The notes under the pieces were generated by a model. That model was not told where the DNA came from and searched no databases. It saw nothing but the letters and a program-made list of their open reading frames with translations. Position numbers and translations under genes: made by a program. Shown piece after piece: positions 26,073-36,307 of a DNA stretch of 63,418 bases. The stretch comes from Bacilli bacterium. Lineage in GTDB: Bacteria > Bacillota_I > Bacilli_A > RF39 > UBA660. The stretch lies in contig JAFUCZ010000004.1 of NCBI GenBank assembly GCA_017459425.1, positions 1 through 63,418 on the forward strand, in the 5' to 3' direction. Positions within the stretch are counted from its first letter, which is position 1, and every line of letters begins with the position of its first letter.

Positions 26073-28697
26073 ATGAAATATGTTTATCTATTTAATGAAG
26101 GTAATAAAGATATGAAAGATATTCTAGGTGGAAAGGGCGCTAATCTTGCTGAAATGACTAGGATTGGTCTTCCTGTACCACTTGGATTTACTGTAACAAC
26201 TGATGCATGTAATAATTTTTATGAAAATAAATGCAAAATGAGTACAGAAATAAAAAATGAAATATTTGAAAAATTAAAAGAATTTGAAAAAATGGTGCAT
26301 AAAAAATTTGGTTCAAAAGGCAATCCATTATTAGTCTCAGTTAGAAGTGGATCGCCTGTTAGTATGCCTGGAATGATGGATACAATATTAAATTTAGGTC
26401 TTAATGATGAAGTTGCAGAATCATTATCTAATAAAACTGGTAACAAAAGATTTGTGTATGATTCATATAGAAGATTAATTGGAATGTATGCTGATGTTGT
26501 AAAAGGACTAGACACTCATGAATTTGAAAAAGTAATTGATACTTTTAAGAAAAAGAGAAAAATCAAATTAGATATTGATTTAAACGAAGATGATATGTAT
26601 AAAATAACTTTAAAGTATAAAGAAATTTATGAAATATTAGCAAAAGAACCATTTCCTCAAAATCCATATGAACAATTAATTGAAGCAGTAACTTCAGTAT
26701 TTAAATCTTGGAATAATGAACGAGCTAAAATTTATAGAAAAATGAATGACATTTCTGATTCATTAGGTACAGCTGTAAATGTTCAAGAAATGGTATATGG
26801 AAATTTAGGATCTAATTCAGGTACAGGAGTAGCATTTACAAGAAATCCTTCAACAGGAGAAAAAGAATTATATGGAGAATACTTAATGAATGCACAAGGC
26901 GAAGATGTTGTTGCAGGCATTAGGACTCCTAAAAAAATAGAAACTTTAAAAAAAGAAATGCCTGATGTATATGAAGAATTTAATAAATATTGCGAAATAT
27001 TAGAGAATCATTATAAAGATATGCAAGATATGGAATTTACTATTGAAAATGGCAAATTATATATGCTACAAACTAGAAATGGAAAAAGAACAGCTAAAGC
27101 TGCAATCAAAATAGCAGTAGATTTAGTTAATGAGAAAAAAATTTCTAAAAAAGAAGCTTTACTTAGAGTAGAACCAAATACATTAGATCAATTATTACAT
27201 AAAACATTTGACGAAAAAGAATTAAAAAATGCTCATGTAATTGCTAAAGGATTGTCAGCTTCTCCTGGTGCAAGTAGTGGGAAAATATTATTTAATGCAG
27301 CTGATGTAATTAAAGCTAAAAATAACAATGAAGAAGCAATACTAGTTAGAAATGAAACATCTCCTGAAGATATAGAGGGAATGAGTAGTGCTAGTGGTGT
27401 ATTAACAATACGTGGCGGTATGACTTCTCATGCAGCAGTTGTTGCTCGTGGAATGGGTAAATGTTGTGTTAGTGGGTGTGAAGATTTAACCATAAATGAA
27501 AGCGATAAAACATTAACTACAAAAGATGGATTTGTGTTTAGCGAAGGAGATATAATCTCAATTGATGGTACTACAGGTTTAGTATATGAAGGCGAAATAA
27601 AAAAAGTAGAATCAGCTACAAATGAATATTTTAATACATTTATGAGCTGGGCAGATTCTGTTAGAAAACTAGGAGTAAGAGCTAATGCTGAAACAGTAGC
27701 TGATGCAACACAGGCAAAAAAATTTGGAGCTGAAGGTATTGGACTTTGTAGAACAGAACACATGTTTTTTAGCGAAAGAAGAATTTTCTCAATAAGAAAA
27801 ATGATAATGAGTAAAACTGATAATCAAAGACAAATTGCTTTAAATGAATTGTTAATCTATCAAAGAGAAGATTTTGAACAATTATTTAGAATAATTGATG
27901 GGGATTCTATAACAATACGTTATTTAGATCCACCTTTACATGAATTTTTACCAAAAGAAGAATCAGAAATAAAAAAATTAGCAAAATCACTTGATATGAG
28001 CTATAACGAATTAGTTGATAGAATTGATGAATTAAAAGAATTTAACCCTATGATGGGTCATAGAGGCTGTAGACTTGCCGTAACTAATCCAGAAGTTGCT
28101 AGAATGCAAACAAGAGCATTAATTGAAGCAGCAATAAATGTTACACGTGAAGGAATAAAAGTAAAACCTGAAATAATGATACCATTAGTTACAGATTTAA
28201 AAGAATTTAAATTTGTTAAAAAAATAGTAGATGATGAAGCCTCAATCGTAATGAAAGAACAAAATCAAAAAATTGATTACAAAATTGGAACAATGATTGA
28301 AACACCACGTGCAGTAATGATGTCACAAGAAATCGCAGAAGAAGCAAAATTCTTTAGTTTTGGTACAAATGATTTAACACAACTTTCATTTGGATTTTCA
28401 AGAGATGATGCATCAAAATATTTAAATGATTATTTAGATAAAAAAATACTTGAGTATGATCCATTTAAAAGAATTGATGAAAATGGAGTAGGAAGATTAG
28501 TTGAAATTGCTGTAAGACTTGGTAAGAAAGCAAGAAAAAATTTACATCTTGGAATATGCGGCGAACATGCAGGTGAGGCTAATTCTATCTATTTCTGTCA
28601 TAAAATAGGACTTGACTATGTTTCTTGTTCTCCATATAGAGTTCCTATTGCTCGCTTAGCTGCTGCACAAGCTGCAATCAAAGCGAGAAAAAATTAG
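26073..28697 (+). CDS. ppdK: pyruvate, phosphate dikinase
   Basis: 874 aa with an ATP-grasp N-domain, phospho-His swivel motif GGMTSHAAVVARG and a C-terminal PEP/pyruvate TIM barrel (GICGEHAG). Confidence 0.95.
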   Translation: MKYVYLFNEGNKDMKDILGGKGANLAEMTRIGLPVPLGFTVTTDACNNFYENKCKMSTEIKNEIFEKLKEFEKMVHKKFGSKGNPLLVSVRSGSPVSMPGMMDTILNLGLNDEVAESLSNKTGNKRFVYDSYRRLIGMYADVVKGLDTHEFEKVIDTFKKKRKIKLDIDLNEDDMYKITLKYKEIYEILAKEPFPQNPYEQLIEAVTSVFKSWNNERAKIYRKMNDISDSLGTAVNVQEMVYGNLGSNSGTGVAFTRNPSTGEKELYGEYLMNAQGEDVVAGIRTPKKIETLKKEMPDVYEEFNKYCEILENHYKDMQDMEFTIENGKLYMLQTRNGKRTAKAAIKIAVDLVNEKKISKKEALLRVEPNTLDQLLHKTFDEKELKNAHVIAKGLSASPGASSGKILFNAADVIKAKNNNEEAILVRNETSPEDIEGMSSASGVLTIRGGMTSHAAVVARGMGKCCVSGCEDLTINESDKTLTTKDGFVFSEGDIISIDGTTGLVYEGEIKKVESATNEYFNTFMSWADSVRKLGVRANAETVADATQAKKFGAEGIGLCRTEHMFFSERRIFSIRKMIMSKTDNQRQIALNELLIYQREDFEQLFRIIDGDSITIRYLDPPLHEFLPKEESEIKKLAKSLDMSYNELVDRIDELKEFNPMMGHRGCRLAVTNPEVARMQTRALIEAAINVTREGIKVKPEIMIPLVTDLKEFKFVKKIVDDEASIVMKEQNQKIDYKIGTMIETPRAVMMSQEIAEEAKFFSFGTNDLTQLSFGFSRDDASKYLNDYLDKKILEYDPFKRIDENGVGRLVEIAVRLGKKARKNLHLGICGEHAGEANSIYFCHKIGLDYVSCSPYRVPIARLAAAQAAIKARKN

Positions 28698-28728
28698 AAC
28701 GCATAAGCGTGAAAATATAAAATACAAG

Positions 28729-28752
28729 AAAGACTAGAAATAGTCTTTTTTT
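28729..28752 (+). terminator. intrinsic terminator of ppdK
   Basis: AGACTA-GAAA-TAGTCT hairpin plus T-run. A second hairpin with T-run lies at about 28849-28886. Confidence 0.75.
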
Positions 28753-29061
28753 GTTGCAATTAAAGGAGATGATAATAATGTGAAAGAAGTATATAAAATT
28801 TAAAAGATTAAAACCAAGATGATAGTCATAATTTAAAAATTTGTTAAAAAATAGTCACGATATAGTTCGGATGACTATTTTTTTGTTGGAAGAAAAAATA
28901 TATAAGAACGGGCATTTTTACATAACCCGGTCTTTTATTATGTTATAATTGGTATAAAGGTAGATGTAGTTTTAGTTTTAAAAATTCTACCAATAGTAGA
29001 TAAGAATTTGTATTATAATTCAATAATCTATTGTATAATCAAGATGTAGTGAGGTGGAATT

Positions 29062-30393
29062 ATGAAAAATATTAATTTTGGAAATTATTTATATCAATTA
29101 AGAAAAAGTAATAAACTAACTCAGAGATATGTTGCTTATCAATTGGAAGTAAGTGATAAAGCGGTTAGTAAATGGGAAATGGGTAAATCCAAACCTGATT
29201 TAGATAAACTTAAATCATTAGCAGCTTTATATAATGTATCTCTAGATGAATTGTTAAGTTTTGATTCAGATAAAAAGCAAGTTAAAATAACAAAAATAGT
29301 TTTAACAGGAGGTTCATGTGCTGGAAAAACTACAGCATTAAGTTGGATCAATAATTATTTTACTAATAGAGGTTATACAGTACTATTTGTTCCTGAAACT
29401 GCAACAGAATTAATCACTAATGGTGTTGCACCATGGACATGTGGAACAAGTGTTGATTTTCAAGTAACACAAATGAAATTACAAAAATGTAAAGAACAAT
29501 TATATGAAGCAGCTGCTAGAACAATGAATAATGAAAAAGTGTTAATAGTATGTGATCGTGGTATGTTAGATTCAAAAGCATATGTTAAAGATGTTGAATT
29601 TAAAAAGATATTAAAAGCATTAAATACTACAGAGATTAAAGAAAGAGATGAGTATGATGCTGTATTCCATTTAGCAACAGCAGCTAAAGGAGCTGAAGCA
29701 GCTTATACATTATCTAATAATGCAGCTAGAACTGAAACACCTGAACAAGCTAGAGTATTAGATGATAAAGTTATATCTGCTTGGACAGGACATCCGCATT
29801 TTAGAATTATAGATAATAGTACTGACTTTGAAGAAAAATTAGAAAGACTATTAAAGGAGATTACAACATTTATGGGAGAACCTGTACCTTATGAAATAGA
29901 AAGAAAATTTATTATATATTTTCCTGATATAAAAGAACTTGAAAGTATGCCTAATTGTACGAAAGTAGATATAGTACAAACATATTTAAAAAGTGTAGAT
30001 GATACTGAAAGAAGAGTTAGAGCAAGAGGTATAGCTGGAGATTATATGTACACATTAACTGAGAAAAGAAAAGTATCAGATATTAAAAGAATTGAAGTAG
30101 AAAAAAGAATTACTCAGGATGAATATATTCAATATCTAATGGAAGCAGATAATAGATTACATCCAATCCATAAAATTAGATATTGTTTATCTGAAAATAA
30201 TCAATATTTTGAAATAGATATATATCCTGAATGGGATAAACAAGCAATAATGGAAATAGAACTATCAGATGAAAATGAAAAGATACAAACACCTTCGTTT
30301 ATTAATGTATTTAAAGAAGTAACTGAAGATGAAAGTTATAAAAATTATAGTTTGGCAAGTAATATGCCTAAACAATTAATTAAAAAGAAATAA
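29062..30393 (+). CDS. three-domain protein: XRE-type HTH + P-loop NTPase/kinase (NadR C-terminal/AAA_28-like) + CYTH (triphosphate tunnel metalloenzyme) domain
   Basis: HTH LTQRYVAYQLEVSDKAVSKWE, Walker A LTGGSCAGKTT, and the CYTH signature YEIERKFII followed by RVRARG...TLTEKRK...EVEKRI and FEIDIY...MEIEL strands. Confidence 0.75.
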   Translation: MKNINFGNYLYQLRKSNKLTQRYVAYQLEVSDKAVSKWEMGKSKPDLDKLKSLAALYNVSLDELLSFDSDKKQVKITKIVLTGGSCAGKTTALSWINNYFTNRGYTVLFVPETATELITNGVAPWTCGTSVDFQVTQMKLQKCKEQLYEAAARTMNNEKVLIVCDRGMLDSKAYVKDVEFKKILKALNTTEIKERDEYDAVFHLATAAKGAEAAYTLSNNAARTETPEQARVLDDKVISAWTGHPHFRIIDNSTDFEEKLERLLKEITTFMGEPVPYEIERKFIIYFPDIKELESMPNCTKVDIVQTYLKSVDDTERRVRARGIAGDYMYTLTEKRKVSDIKRIEVEKRITQDEYIQYLMEADNRLHPIHKIRYCLSENNQYFEIDIYPEWDKQAIMEIELSDENEKIQTPSFINVFKEVTEDESYKNYSLASNMPKQLIKKK

Positions 30394-30447
30394 ATGACTA
30401 GATTAATCTAGTCTTTTTTATGATATAATTAGAACGGAAGTGATAAT

Positions 30448-30885
30448 ATGAATACAAAATATGAATTCTTTATAGCAGGAAAAACTAGAAACAAAGATAG
30501 CATTTTAAGAATATGTGATATTTTTGATAAATACAATATTTCTTATTATTGTTTTTTGAAAAATGATGATACTATGAATAGTTATGGCAAAGAAGGCCAA
30601 ACTGAAGAAGAAAAAATGCAAGTATTTGAAAATCTAGGATTAAAAAGTGATATTGTTTTGAATATCTTTAAACAAGATTTAGATAATGAAAAAGCATGTA
30701 AAAATTTATTATTGGTTCTACCGGCTGGTAAATCTGGTCATATTGAAGCTGGGATAGCATATGGTATGGGTAAAAAATGCTATGCGATTGGTGAATTTGA
30801 TGCTACAGATTCACTATATAATATTTTTGATATCATCTTTAAAGATGATACAGAATTAGAAGAATTTCTAAAGCAATATAATTAA
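30448..30885 (+). CDS. nucleoside 2-deoxyribosyltransferase-like protein (145 aa)
   Basis: N-terminal FFIAGKTRN and C-terminal PAGKSGHIEAGIAYGMGKKCYAIGE fit the NDT-like Rossmannoid pattern with a conserved Glu. This is a by-eye assignment. Confidence 0.5.
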   Translation: MNTKYEFFIAGKTRNKDSILRICDIFDKYNISYYCFLKNDDTMNSYGKEGQTEEEKMQVFENLGLKSDIVLNIFKQDLDNEKACKNLLLVLPAGKSGHIEAGIAYGMGKKCYAIGEFDATDSLYNIFDIIFKDDTELEEFLKQYN

Positions 30886-31159
30886 TTATAGTTAAGTTAT
30901 TAGGGTGAGTCAGTAATAACGTCTGAGATTAATTTAAATTATAAATATATAGATGATAATAAAAAAATTGATAATAAATAAGATTTACAAATTATAGAAA
31001 ATAAGTCATTTTAGTCTTAATCGGCCCTAACTTGCCTATAGTACAAGCTACAATGAAATCAAAGAATAATTAAAATGATAAAAATTAAGTTGAAATATAC
31101 TTGATTTTTTATTGATTTATATGTTGCAAATATGCTACAATATATATGAGGTAATAATT

Positions 31160-31411
31160 ATGAAGAATATGGAAAAAGAAATTATAAGTAATAAAGAATT
31201 TGCTTTAATATGTGAGTATATAAAATTAAGAAATGAATCAAATATTAGTCAATCAGAATTGGCAAGAAGAGTTGGCATTGCTAGATCAACAATAGCCAGA
31301 ATGGAAAGAAAATTACATTCGATATCACTAGGAACTTTTGTTAAGTTATTAGAAGCAATGAACTATAAGTTAGAAATAACTAAAAAGAAGGATGCCAATG
31401 AATCAAGATAA
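31160..31411 (+). CDS. XRE-family HTH regulator (83 aa)
   Basis: HTH ISQSELARRVGIARSTIARME. ATG 31160 lies behind GAGG. Confidence 0.75.
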   Translation: MKNMEKEIISNKEFALICEYIKLRNESNISQSELARRVGIARSTIARMERKLHSISLGTFVKLLEAMNYKLEITKKKDANESR

Positions 31412-31725
31412 AATGTACTTAATAAATAAGTTATTCAATGATAAAACTATAAGAACAGTATGAGATAAGGGAGAAAAAATATTATGTTAGTGTAGTTGAT
31501 ATTGTTGGAGCTATTTCAGAAAGTGATAATCCACAAGTATATTGGAGAGTCATGAAAAAAAGACTTAAAGATGGAGGAAATGAAACCGTTACAAATTGTA
31601 ACGCTTTGAAATTAAAAGCATCTGATGGTAAAATGCGTTCAACTGATGTTGTTGATATAGAAGGTATGTTTAGAATAATTCAGTCAATTTCAAGTAAAAA
31701 TGCAGAAGTGTTTTATATAAAATGA
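31398..31725 (+). pseudogene. decayed Bro-N (phage antirepressor N-terminal) gene
   Basis: The conceptual translation MNQDKMYLINKLFNDKTIRTV*DKGEK.YYVSVVDIVGAISESDNPQVYWRVMKKRLKDGGNETVTNCNALKLKASDGKMRSTDVVDIEGMFRIIQSI resembles Bro-N proteins. It has TGA at 31461-31463 where Trp is expected, a frameshift in the A-run at 31474-31479, and is truncated at the C-terminus. Confidence 0.7.
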
Positions 31726-31827
31726 CATAGGTTTATTTATACCGAATTAATAACACACTATAACATTGGTTTACCAATATTGGTATTTATAAATATAGAA
31801 GAAAATCAAGAAAGGAGAATTAATTTT

Positions 31828-32697
31828 ATGAATGATAAAATTACAACTATTATGAATGTAAATGAAAATGAAATTAGAGTAATGAGAATTAATGACGAGG
31901 ATTATATTTCATTAACAGATTTAGCAAGATACAAAAATCCAAATGATCCATCAGATGTAATAAAAAAATGGCTAAGTAATTATGATACAATAGAATTTTT
32001 AGGATTATGGGAAGAATTAAGTAATGAAGATTTTAATTCGGCGGAATTCAGCCTAATTAAAAATGAAGCACCTAAAAGGTCTTTTACAATGACACCAAGT
32101 CAATGGTGTACAAGAGTAAATGCTATTGGTATGACATATAGTAAAGGTAAATATAGCGTTGGAACATTTGCACATTCTGATATAGCATTAGAATTTGCTT
32201 CATGGATTGATAATTTATTTAAAATATATTTAATAAAGGAATTTAAAAGATTAAAATATAATGAAAGTTATCAAGAAAAAATAGAATGGTCTGTTAGAAG
32301 AAGTCTGTCTAAAACTAATTATAGAATACATACTGATAGCATTAAGGAAAATATTGTACCTAAACTTACAGAGAAGCAAAAGCAATTTGTTTATGCAAAT
32401 GAAGCAGATGTAATAAATGTTGCTTTGTTTGGTATGACTGCGGGTGAATGGAGAAAAGTTAATCCCAATTTAGAAGGTAATATCAGAGATTATGCAGATA
32501 TACTTCACTTAATAGTTTTAAGTAATTTAGAAGTGTTAAATGCTAACATGATTGATAATAACGTAAAACAAAGTGAAAGACTGGAAAAATTAAATGCTAC
32601 TGCAAGAAAAGAACTTAGTATTTTATCAAAAGATAAAAATGTACTTGGGATTGAAAAATTAGATGAAAAATTAATAGATACAAAAAAATATAAATAA
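31828..32697 (+). CDS. KilA-N domain protein
   Basis: YISLTDLARYKNPNDPSDVIKKWLSNYDTIEFLGLWEELSN and FAHSDIALEFASWI are typical of KilA-N DNA-binding proteins. ATG 31828 lies behind AAGGAG. Confidence 0.75.
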   Translation: MNDKITTIMNVNENEIRVMRINDEDYISLTDLARYKNPNDPSDVIKKWLSNYDTIEFLGLWEELSNEDFNSAEFSLIKNEAPKRSFTMTPSQWCTRVNAIGMTYSKGKYSVGTFAHSDIALEFASWIDNLFKIYLIKEFKRLKYNESYQEKIEWSVRRSLSKTNYRIHTDSIKENIVPKLTEKQKQFVYANEADVINVALFGMTAGEWRKVNPNLEGNIRDYADILHLIVLSNLEVLNANMIDNNVKQSERLEKLNATARKELSILSKDKNVLGIEKLDEKLIDTKKYK

Positions 32698-32913
32698 TGT
32701 CATTTATATCTTAACAGAGAACCTTTTAAGATTTGTTTCGCAAGTTTAGAAAAAGAAAGAATTGATTTATATGTTGCAAGATATATTTGCAAGGTATTAA
32801 TTATGAAGTATATAAATGAAAAAACTATTAATAATTAAAAATCGAATATATAAAACTAAGATATTAATTCTATTCTTAGTTTTTTATGATATAATTTATT
32901 TTGAGATGATTAT

Positions 32914-34140
32914 ATGAAAAAAAGTAGAATAATTTATTTTTTTGTTACATTGATATTTGTTATATTATCTATTTTCATTTTAAGTAAAACTGATATTTCT
33001 AATAATGTTTTATTAAGCAAATCAATTCAAATGATATTAATATTGTTTTTAATAAGAATTTCTATTGGTTGTTTTTTATATATAAAAAAGTTATACAACA
33101 AACAAAAATATTCTTATGACATAGTTATGAATTTAGGACTTTTAATTTTTATTAATGTAAATATTTTAAGACAGATTAATTTATTGATACAAAACTGGAA
33201 TGTATTAAAAATTATAGATATTTATAATAATACTTTAAAATCATTTTCTTTTTTTGCATTATTAACGTTACCATGTATTATTTTTTTTGCATTATTTAGT
33301 ATTATTACAAATGTTATTTTAATAAAAAAAGAAGGCTTTAGTTCAAAGAATTTATTAGGAATAATTTTAGGAGTACTTGCGCTTATCGGTATTTTGGGAA
33401 GTCAAACTTTATACTATGTTATAACTAAAATACTCTTTAGAGAAGATAAACAATTTATCAAATATGCATTAGATATTTGTATTAATGCCACGTTATCGTA
33501 TTTATATACCTTAATTATAGCAACATTATATTGTAATATTAAAGCAGGCAAACACGTTCCAAAATATGATAAAGATTTTGTAATTATTTTAGGATCAAAA
33601 ATAAATAGTGATGGATCATTAACTCCTTTATTAAAAGGAAGAGTTGATAAAGCAATTGAGTTTGCAACAAATCAATATGAAAATACAAATAAAAAGATTA
33701 TTTACGTTCCATCCGGTGGTCAGGGAGCTGATGAAATTATTTCTGAAGCTGAAGCGATAAAAAATTATTTAATTGAACATGGAGTAAATAAAAATCAGAT
33801 TTTAATTGAAGATAAATCAACTAGTACAGTAGAAAATATGAAATTTTCTAAAAATATAATATTTGAAAAAAATAATGCTGGAAATATTATATTTTCAACT
33901 ACAAATTATCATGTCTTTAGAAGTGGTATTATAGCAAACAACCAAGGTATTGACTGTGAAGGAATCGGAAGTAAAACAAAGTGGTATTTTTATACAAATG
34001 CATTAATTAGAGAATTTATTGCTAATCTTTTTCAAGAGAGAACAAAACATATTATTCTCTTACTACTTATTAATATATCACTATTAATTTTAATTATAAT
34101 TGGTAAGTATTCTAATTTTCTTAATATAATTAATTATTAA
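32914..34140 (+). CDS. membrane protein with C-terminal YdcF/DUF218 domain
   Basis: N-terminal multi-TM region followed by DFVIILGSKINSDGSLTPLLKGRVDKAIEF...VPSGGQG...STSTVENM. Confidence 0.7.
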   Translation: MKKSRIIYFFVTLIFVILSIFILSKTDISNNVLLSKSIQMILILFLIRISIGCFLYIKKLYNKQKYSYDIVMNLGLLIFINVNILRQINLLIQNWNVLKIIDIYNNTLKSFSFFALLTLPCIIFFALFSIITNVILIKKEGFSSKNLLGIILGVLALIGILGSQTLYYVITKILFREDKQFIKYALDICINATLSYLYTLIIATLYCNIKAGKHVPKYDKDFVIILGSKINSDGSLTPLLKGRVDKAIEFATNQYENTNKKIIYVPSGGQGADEIISEAEAIKNYLIEHGVNKNQILIEDKSTSTVENMKFSKNIIFEKNNAGNIIFSTTNYHVFRSGIIANNQGIDCEGIGSKTKWYFYTNALIREFIANLFQERTKHIILLLLINISLLILIIIGKYSNFLNIINY

Positions 34141-34178
34141 TAACTTGATAAAATGATAAGATAATATGTATATAGGAG

Positions 34179-34853
34179 ATGAATGTCTTGAATATAGAAG
34201 AAGAAATATTTAAAAGAGCTAACGTTAATTATAAATTATTAATTGACTATGGATTTAAAAAAAATAAAGACGAGTTTATATTTGAAAAAAATTTTTTTAA
34301 TGACGAATTTAAAGCAGTTATAACTATTACTAATAAAGGTATTAGTGGTAAAGTAATTGACTTACAAGTAAACGAAGAATACTTAGCTTTAAAAACAAAA
34401 ATGTCTGGAAAATTTGTAAATAATGTAAGAGATGCTTATAAAGAAATACTAATTGATATAAAAAATAATTGCTTTGAAACTAATTATTTTATATCAAATC
34501 AAGCAAATCGAATAAATAAATATATTAATAAAAAATATAAAAATGACCCAGAATTCTTATGGGACAAGTTTTCAGGAACTGCCATATATAGAAATAAAAA
34601 TACTAACAAGTGGTATGGAATCATTATGAATATAGATTTATCTAAATTAGATAGTAGAAATGGTGAAGTAGAAATAATAAATGTAAAATTAGATCCAAAT
34701 AAAATAAAGAATCTATTAAAACAAAATGGTTTTTATGAAGCATATCATATGAGCAAAAAAAATTGGATTTCAATTTTATTAAATGATACTGTAAAAGATG
34801 ATGATATTTTTTCATTAATAGACCAATCATATAATTTAGTAAGTAAAAAGTGA
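34179..34853 (+). CDS. MmcQ/YjbR-family protein
   Basis: C-terminal WYGIIMNI...EIINVKLDP...AYHMSKKNWISILL pattern. Confidence 0.6.
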   Translation: MNVLNIEEEIFKRANVNYKLLIDYGFKKNKDEFIFEKNFFNDEFKAVITITNKGISGKVIDLQVNEEYLALKTKMSGKFVNNVRDAYKEILIDIKNNCFETNYFISNQANRINKYINKKYKNDPEFLWDKFSGTAIYRNKNTNKWYGIIMNIDLSKLDSRNGEVEIINVKLDPNKIKNLLKQNGFYEAYHMSKKNWISILLNDTVKDDDIFSLIDQSYNLVSKK

Positions 34854-34854
34854 C

Positions 34855-35478
34855 TTAATTAAAGTCACTTTTAAATAGATATTTAATATTATCAATTACA
34901 AGATTTGTCATTATTTCATAATCCATATCATTATGCTTGTGATAAATAACCTCATGACATAGATTATCAATTAATCCTATCATTATATGTACTTTTTCAT
35001 ACAAATTATTATTTTCAAGACCATTATTTATTAAAATATTTTTTAGAGAATTAGTCATTTCTAGTTCTCTTTTATAATAATATTCTGCAACTAATTTATC
35101 AGAATGTACCATTGACATTATTTCTTCATGCGCTACATTTGATATTTTGTGATTATGGATATAATGTTTAATTATATTATTAATAAAAGAATCAAAATCA
35201 TTTTTATCAAATTTTATATCATTATTTTTTAACATAGGAAAAAATATACTATCTCCATATTTTTCTAACCCTGCTATCAAAATATCATATTTATCATTGA
35301 AATATTGATATAAAATTCCAGTTGAAACGCCTGCTTTTTTAGCAATCTCAGCAGTATTTGTATTATAATATCCATTCTTTGATATTAATTCAAAACCTGC
35401 TTCAATTATCTTTTCTATTTTTTCTATTGCTCTTTTTTGCTTAGGTTCTCTTATATTATTATCGCTCATTTGTGTCAC
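34855..35478 (-). CDS. TetR/AcrR-family transcriptional regulator
   Basis: N-terminal HTH YNTNTAEIAKKAGVSTGILYQYF. Divergent from the ABC transporter genes. Confidence 0.85.
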   Translation of the reverse strand: MTQMSDNNIREPKQKRAIEKIEKIIEAGFELISKNGYYNTNTAEIAKKAGVSTGILYQYFNDKYDILIAGLEKYGDSIFFPMLKNNDIKFDKNDFDSFINNIIKHYIHNHKISNVAHEEIMSMVHSDKLVAEYYYKRELEMTNSLKNILINNGLENNNLYEKVHIMIGLIDNLCHEVIYHKHNDMDYEIMTNLVIDNIKYLFKSDFN

Positions 35479-35603
35479 CTCATATATTGATTATAACATA
35501 ATTGTATAAAAATGTGAAATAGTTTTCACATTTTTATTGACTATTTTCATTTAAAAGAATATAATTAATATGAAAGAAATTTCACATTTAGAAAGAGGTA
35601 TAT

Positions 35604-36305
35604 ATGAATAAATTTATAGAATTAAAAAATGTAAAAAAAACATATAAAATTGGAGAACAAAAATTTAATGCATTAGACGGCATTGATTTAAGCATCGATC
35701 AAGGTGAATTTGTAGTTATTTTAGGACCATCTGGTGCAGGTAAATCAACTTTATTGAATTTACTTGGTGGAATGGATAAAGCTACATCTGGTTCTATCAT
35801 AATAGGAGAAAATGACTTAGTTAAATTTAATGATAAACAATTAACGAAATTCAGGGCTAATGATGTAGGATTTATATTTCAGTTTTACAATATAATGCCT
35901 ACTTTAACAGTAGATGAAAATGTAAATCTTATAAAAGATGTTACAAATACAACTAAAGATTCTAAAGATGTTTTAAAAAGTGTTGGTTTATTAAAACATG
36001 CATCTAAATTTCCACAAGAGTTATCAGGTGGAGAGCAACAAAGAGTATCTATTGCAAGAGCAATAATGAAAAATCCAAAAGTGCTTTTATGTGATGAACC
36101 AACCGGAGCGCTTGATTCAAAAACTGGCGTTGAAGTATTAAAACTTTTAAGAAAACAAAGTGATGAAGATACTACTGTTATTATCGTTACACATAATGCT
36201 TTAATTGCTGATATTGCTGATAGAGTAATTAAAATAAAAAATGGTAAAGTTGAATCAAATATAATTAATAAACATCCAAAAAACATTGACGAGGTTAAGT
36301 GGTAA
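35604..36305 (+). CDS. ABC transporter ATP-binding protein (MacB/LolD-like)
   Basis: Walker A GPSGAGKST, signature LSGGEQQR, Walker B LLCDEPTGALD. Confidence 0.92.
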   Translation: MNKFIELKNVKKTYKIGEQKFNALDGIDLSIDQGEFVVILGPSGAGKSTLLNLLGGMDKATSGSIIIGENDLVKFNDKQLTKFRANDVGFIFQFYNIMPTLTVDENVNLIKDVTNTTKDSKDVLKSVGLLKHASKFPQELSGGEQQRVSIARAIMKNPKVLLCDEPTGALDSKTGVEVLKLLRKQSDEDTTVIIVTHNALIADIADRVIKIKNGKVESNIINKHPKNIDEVKW

Positions 36306-36307
36306 TT

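Noticed and set aside
28753-28886. A mini-ORF (AGGAG then ATGATAATAATGTGA) between two terminator-like hairpins downstream of ppdK, as a leader-peptide attenuator.
   Set aside because: It has only 4 codons, with no downstream gene on that strand before the next promoter region and no amino-acid-specific codon run. It is probably fortuitous.
30886-31100. A possible small RNA or element end in the NDT-XRE intergenic region (a GTTATT...AATAAC hairpin and distant TTAGGG/CCCTAA complementarity).
   Set aside because: The stems are short and AT-rich, as expected by chance at this composition. No promoter and terminator pair or recognisable RNA family signature is present.
31461-31463. A TGA at an expected Trp position in the Bro-N-like frame, as a hint of genetic code 4 (TGA=Trp).
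   Set aside because: TGA terminates several clearly complete genes here, for example 20297-20299, 41714-41716, 34851-34853 and 5463-5465. Trp is TGG in all conserved proteins. The same frame also carries a frameshift and a truncation, so this is ordinary pseudogene decay.
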